In this document: one piece after another, positions 63,715-64,000 of the stretch
Layout: each line of letters opens with the position of its first letter
How positions within the stretch are numbered: position 1 is the stretch's first letter
Assembly: GCF_058153355.1 (NCBI RefSeq)
Contig: NZ_CM177019.1
Length of the DNA stretch: 64,000 nucleotides
Strand: one strand, 5' to 3'
Notes under the pieces: generated by a model
What the model was told of the DNA's origin: nothing
Databases searched by the model: none
Seen by the model: only the letters and a program-made list of their open reading frames with translations
Translations under genes and position numbers: made by a program

Positions 63715-64000
63715 GAGGCGCCACCGCCGCCAGATGAACCGCCGCCGCCGCTGAAATTATCATTGTCAAAAGAGGATGAAGAGGAAGATGACGACGATGA
63801 TGAAGAACGCCTGGAGGCCGAGTTACTTCTTTCGTAATGTGACGGTCGGTTGGCACTGCGCATCGAATCCCGAACCTTTTTGCCGAAGGGGGTAAAAGCG
63901 ATGGCGACAGCCAGGAACGGTGTGGCGAAGCAGAGTAATGTTGCGAGTACTCCCCAGCTTCCGCTGAAACCTGCTATAGGTAAAACAAAGGCCAGTACAA
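63715..64000 (-). CDS. C-terminal portion of a third paralog; gene continues beyond the window
   Basis: Minus-strand reading frame open to the window edge; ends ...DNDNFSGGGGSSGGGGASGRW, the same tail as the two upstream genes. Confidence 0.55.

Overview
The window is an Escherichia coli-type chromosomal segment, in the same gene order as the K-12 recC to eno region but in inverted orientation (K-12 order and protein lengths are from memory, not a database search). Most of it is conserved core: recC (3-prime part), ptrA, recB, recD, argA, amiC, two tRNA-fMet genes, mltA, tcdA, csdE-csdA, ygdI, the sRNA gcvB, gcvA, ygdD, rlmM, the fucPIKUR and fucAO operons, xni, sdaB-sdaC, ppnN, queF, syd, the sRNA csrB with its UvrY box, yqcC, truC, yqcA, gudP-gudX-gudD, barA, rlmD, relA, mazG, pyrG and eno. 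Five things depart from that backbone. (1) The strongest candidate for a novel system is an AT-rich ~5.5 kb five-gene cassette between amiC and the tRNA-fMet array (about 14640-20140): a BglG/LicT-type antiterminator with a RAT-like leader and terminator, a MalX-like PTS EIICB, a MalY/PatB-like PLP-dependent C-S lyase, a stand-alone KpsF/GutQ-like SIS domain protein and a D-2-hydroxyacid dehydrogenase. (2) ptrA is frameshifted by a perfect 35-bp tandem duplication. (3) mazE-mazF are missing between relA and mazG. (4) A full-length IS4 sits inside the eno terminator hairpin with a 14-bp target duplication. (5) At least three tandem paralogous membrane protein genes with Gly/Ser-rich tails ending in GRW lie at the 3-prime end of the window; the first two have TPM-type N-terminal domains. 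No CRISPR array or integrase was seen.
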